NCBI GenBank assembly: GCA_965153285.1
Contig: OZ229110.1
DNA length: 64,000 nt
From: Podarcis tiliguerta
Lineage: Eukaryota
Direction: 5' to 3' (one strand)
Of this stretch, positions 63,389 through 64,000 are shown one piece after another. The notes beneath the pieces were generated by a model, which did not search any database, was not told where the DNA came from, and saw nothing but the letters and a program-made list of their open reading frames with translations. Position numbers and translations under genes: made by a program. The stretch's first letter is position 1, and the number at the start of each line of letters is the position of its first letter.

Positions 63389-64000
63389 TAATGTGCTGTA
63401 TATATAACAGCTACAATCTGGTATAAATTCAAGCAAGGAGGAATATATGAAGTTAACAGACTGAGGCCATTGGCCCATTGTACTAGTACTGTCTACTCTC
63501 CAGCAACTCTCCAGGGGACCGGGCCATGTGACATACACATGGCTGTGTGCGCACACTGCAGGTAGCAGTGGAGGAAATCGCTCGGGCGCCTGGGGCGAGC
63601 TGCCCATAGGGGCAGGGCACACCGCGGGGCCTTCAGAGTCTACCTGCCTCCTTCCACTCACCTGCCCTACAGCTGGGGGGGGGGAGGCAGTGGGTGGACC
63701 GTTTGGGCAGTGCAGAGACTGCACGTGCCCAAGCCATGCATGGCTCAGGCACACTGCAGGCCCTGCAGTGAGTGCTGCCAGGCATTTTGTCACCCCTCTC
63801 AGTGGTGACACCCGGGGCAGTCCATACACCCCCACCCTTCCAGTGCCCCTGACCGCAGGGCATGCTGACGTCACGGGCGCATATCGGGAGGTGTGCTGGT
63901 GTGCCGTGTGCACACAGCTGCTGCAGGATTTTGTGGGGGCCTGGACCCCTCCTTGAAAATTTGGCTTCCCCTAGATGGTACCCCTGCTCCAAGAGTTCTG

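Overview
Vertebrate genomic DNA. The SINE and MITE content points to a squamate, probably a lacertid lizard. The window covers the PRDM11-SYT13 syntenic block. The + strand carries the last three coding exons of PRDM11 (11341-11528, 15802-16437, 17206-19367); the last one encodes a domesticated hAT/ZNF862-like transposase with a TTF-type zinc finger. The - strand carries SYT13 exons 2-6 (58410 to 43797). The most notable feature is an intact two-exon ORF (1115-1523 + 3596-4167, 326 aa) encoding a Myb/SANT-like domain of the MYPOP/NAIF1/TSNARE1 (Harbinger-derived) type, a coiled coil and a basic tail. It lies on the same strand, apparently inside the PRDM11 intron that splits the PR/SET domain. 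It has its own poly(A) signal and a splice acceptor in the same phase as the next PRDM11 exon. PRDM11 may therefore switch by alternative terminal exons between two different transposon-derived C-termini. The rest is intronic, UTR or intergenic DNA with Sauria SINEs (one split by a 763-bp solo LTR carrying an open reading frame), tRNA-derived SINEs, CR1 and L2 fragments, Tc1/mariner-, hAT- and Harbinger-type MITEs, a 3x121-bp tandem triplication and microsatellites. Gene identities come from recalled homology, not from a database search.
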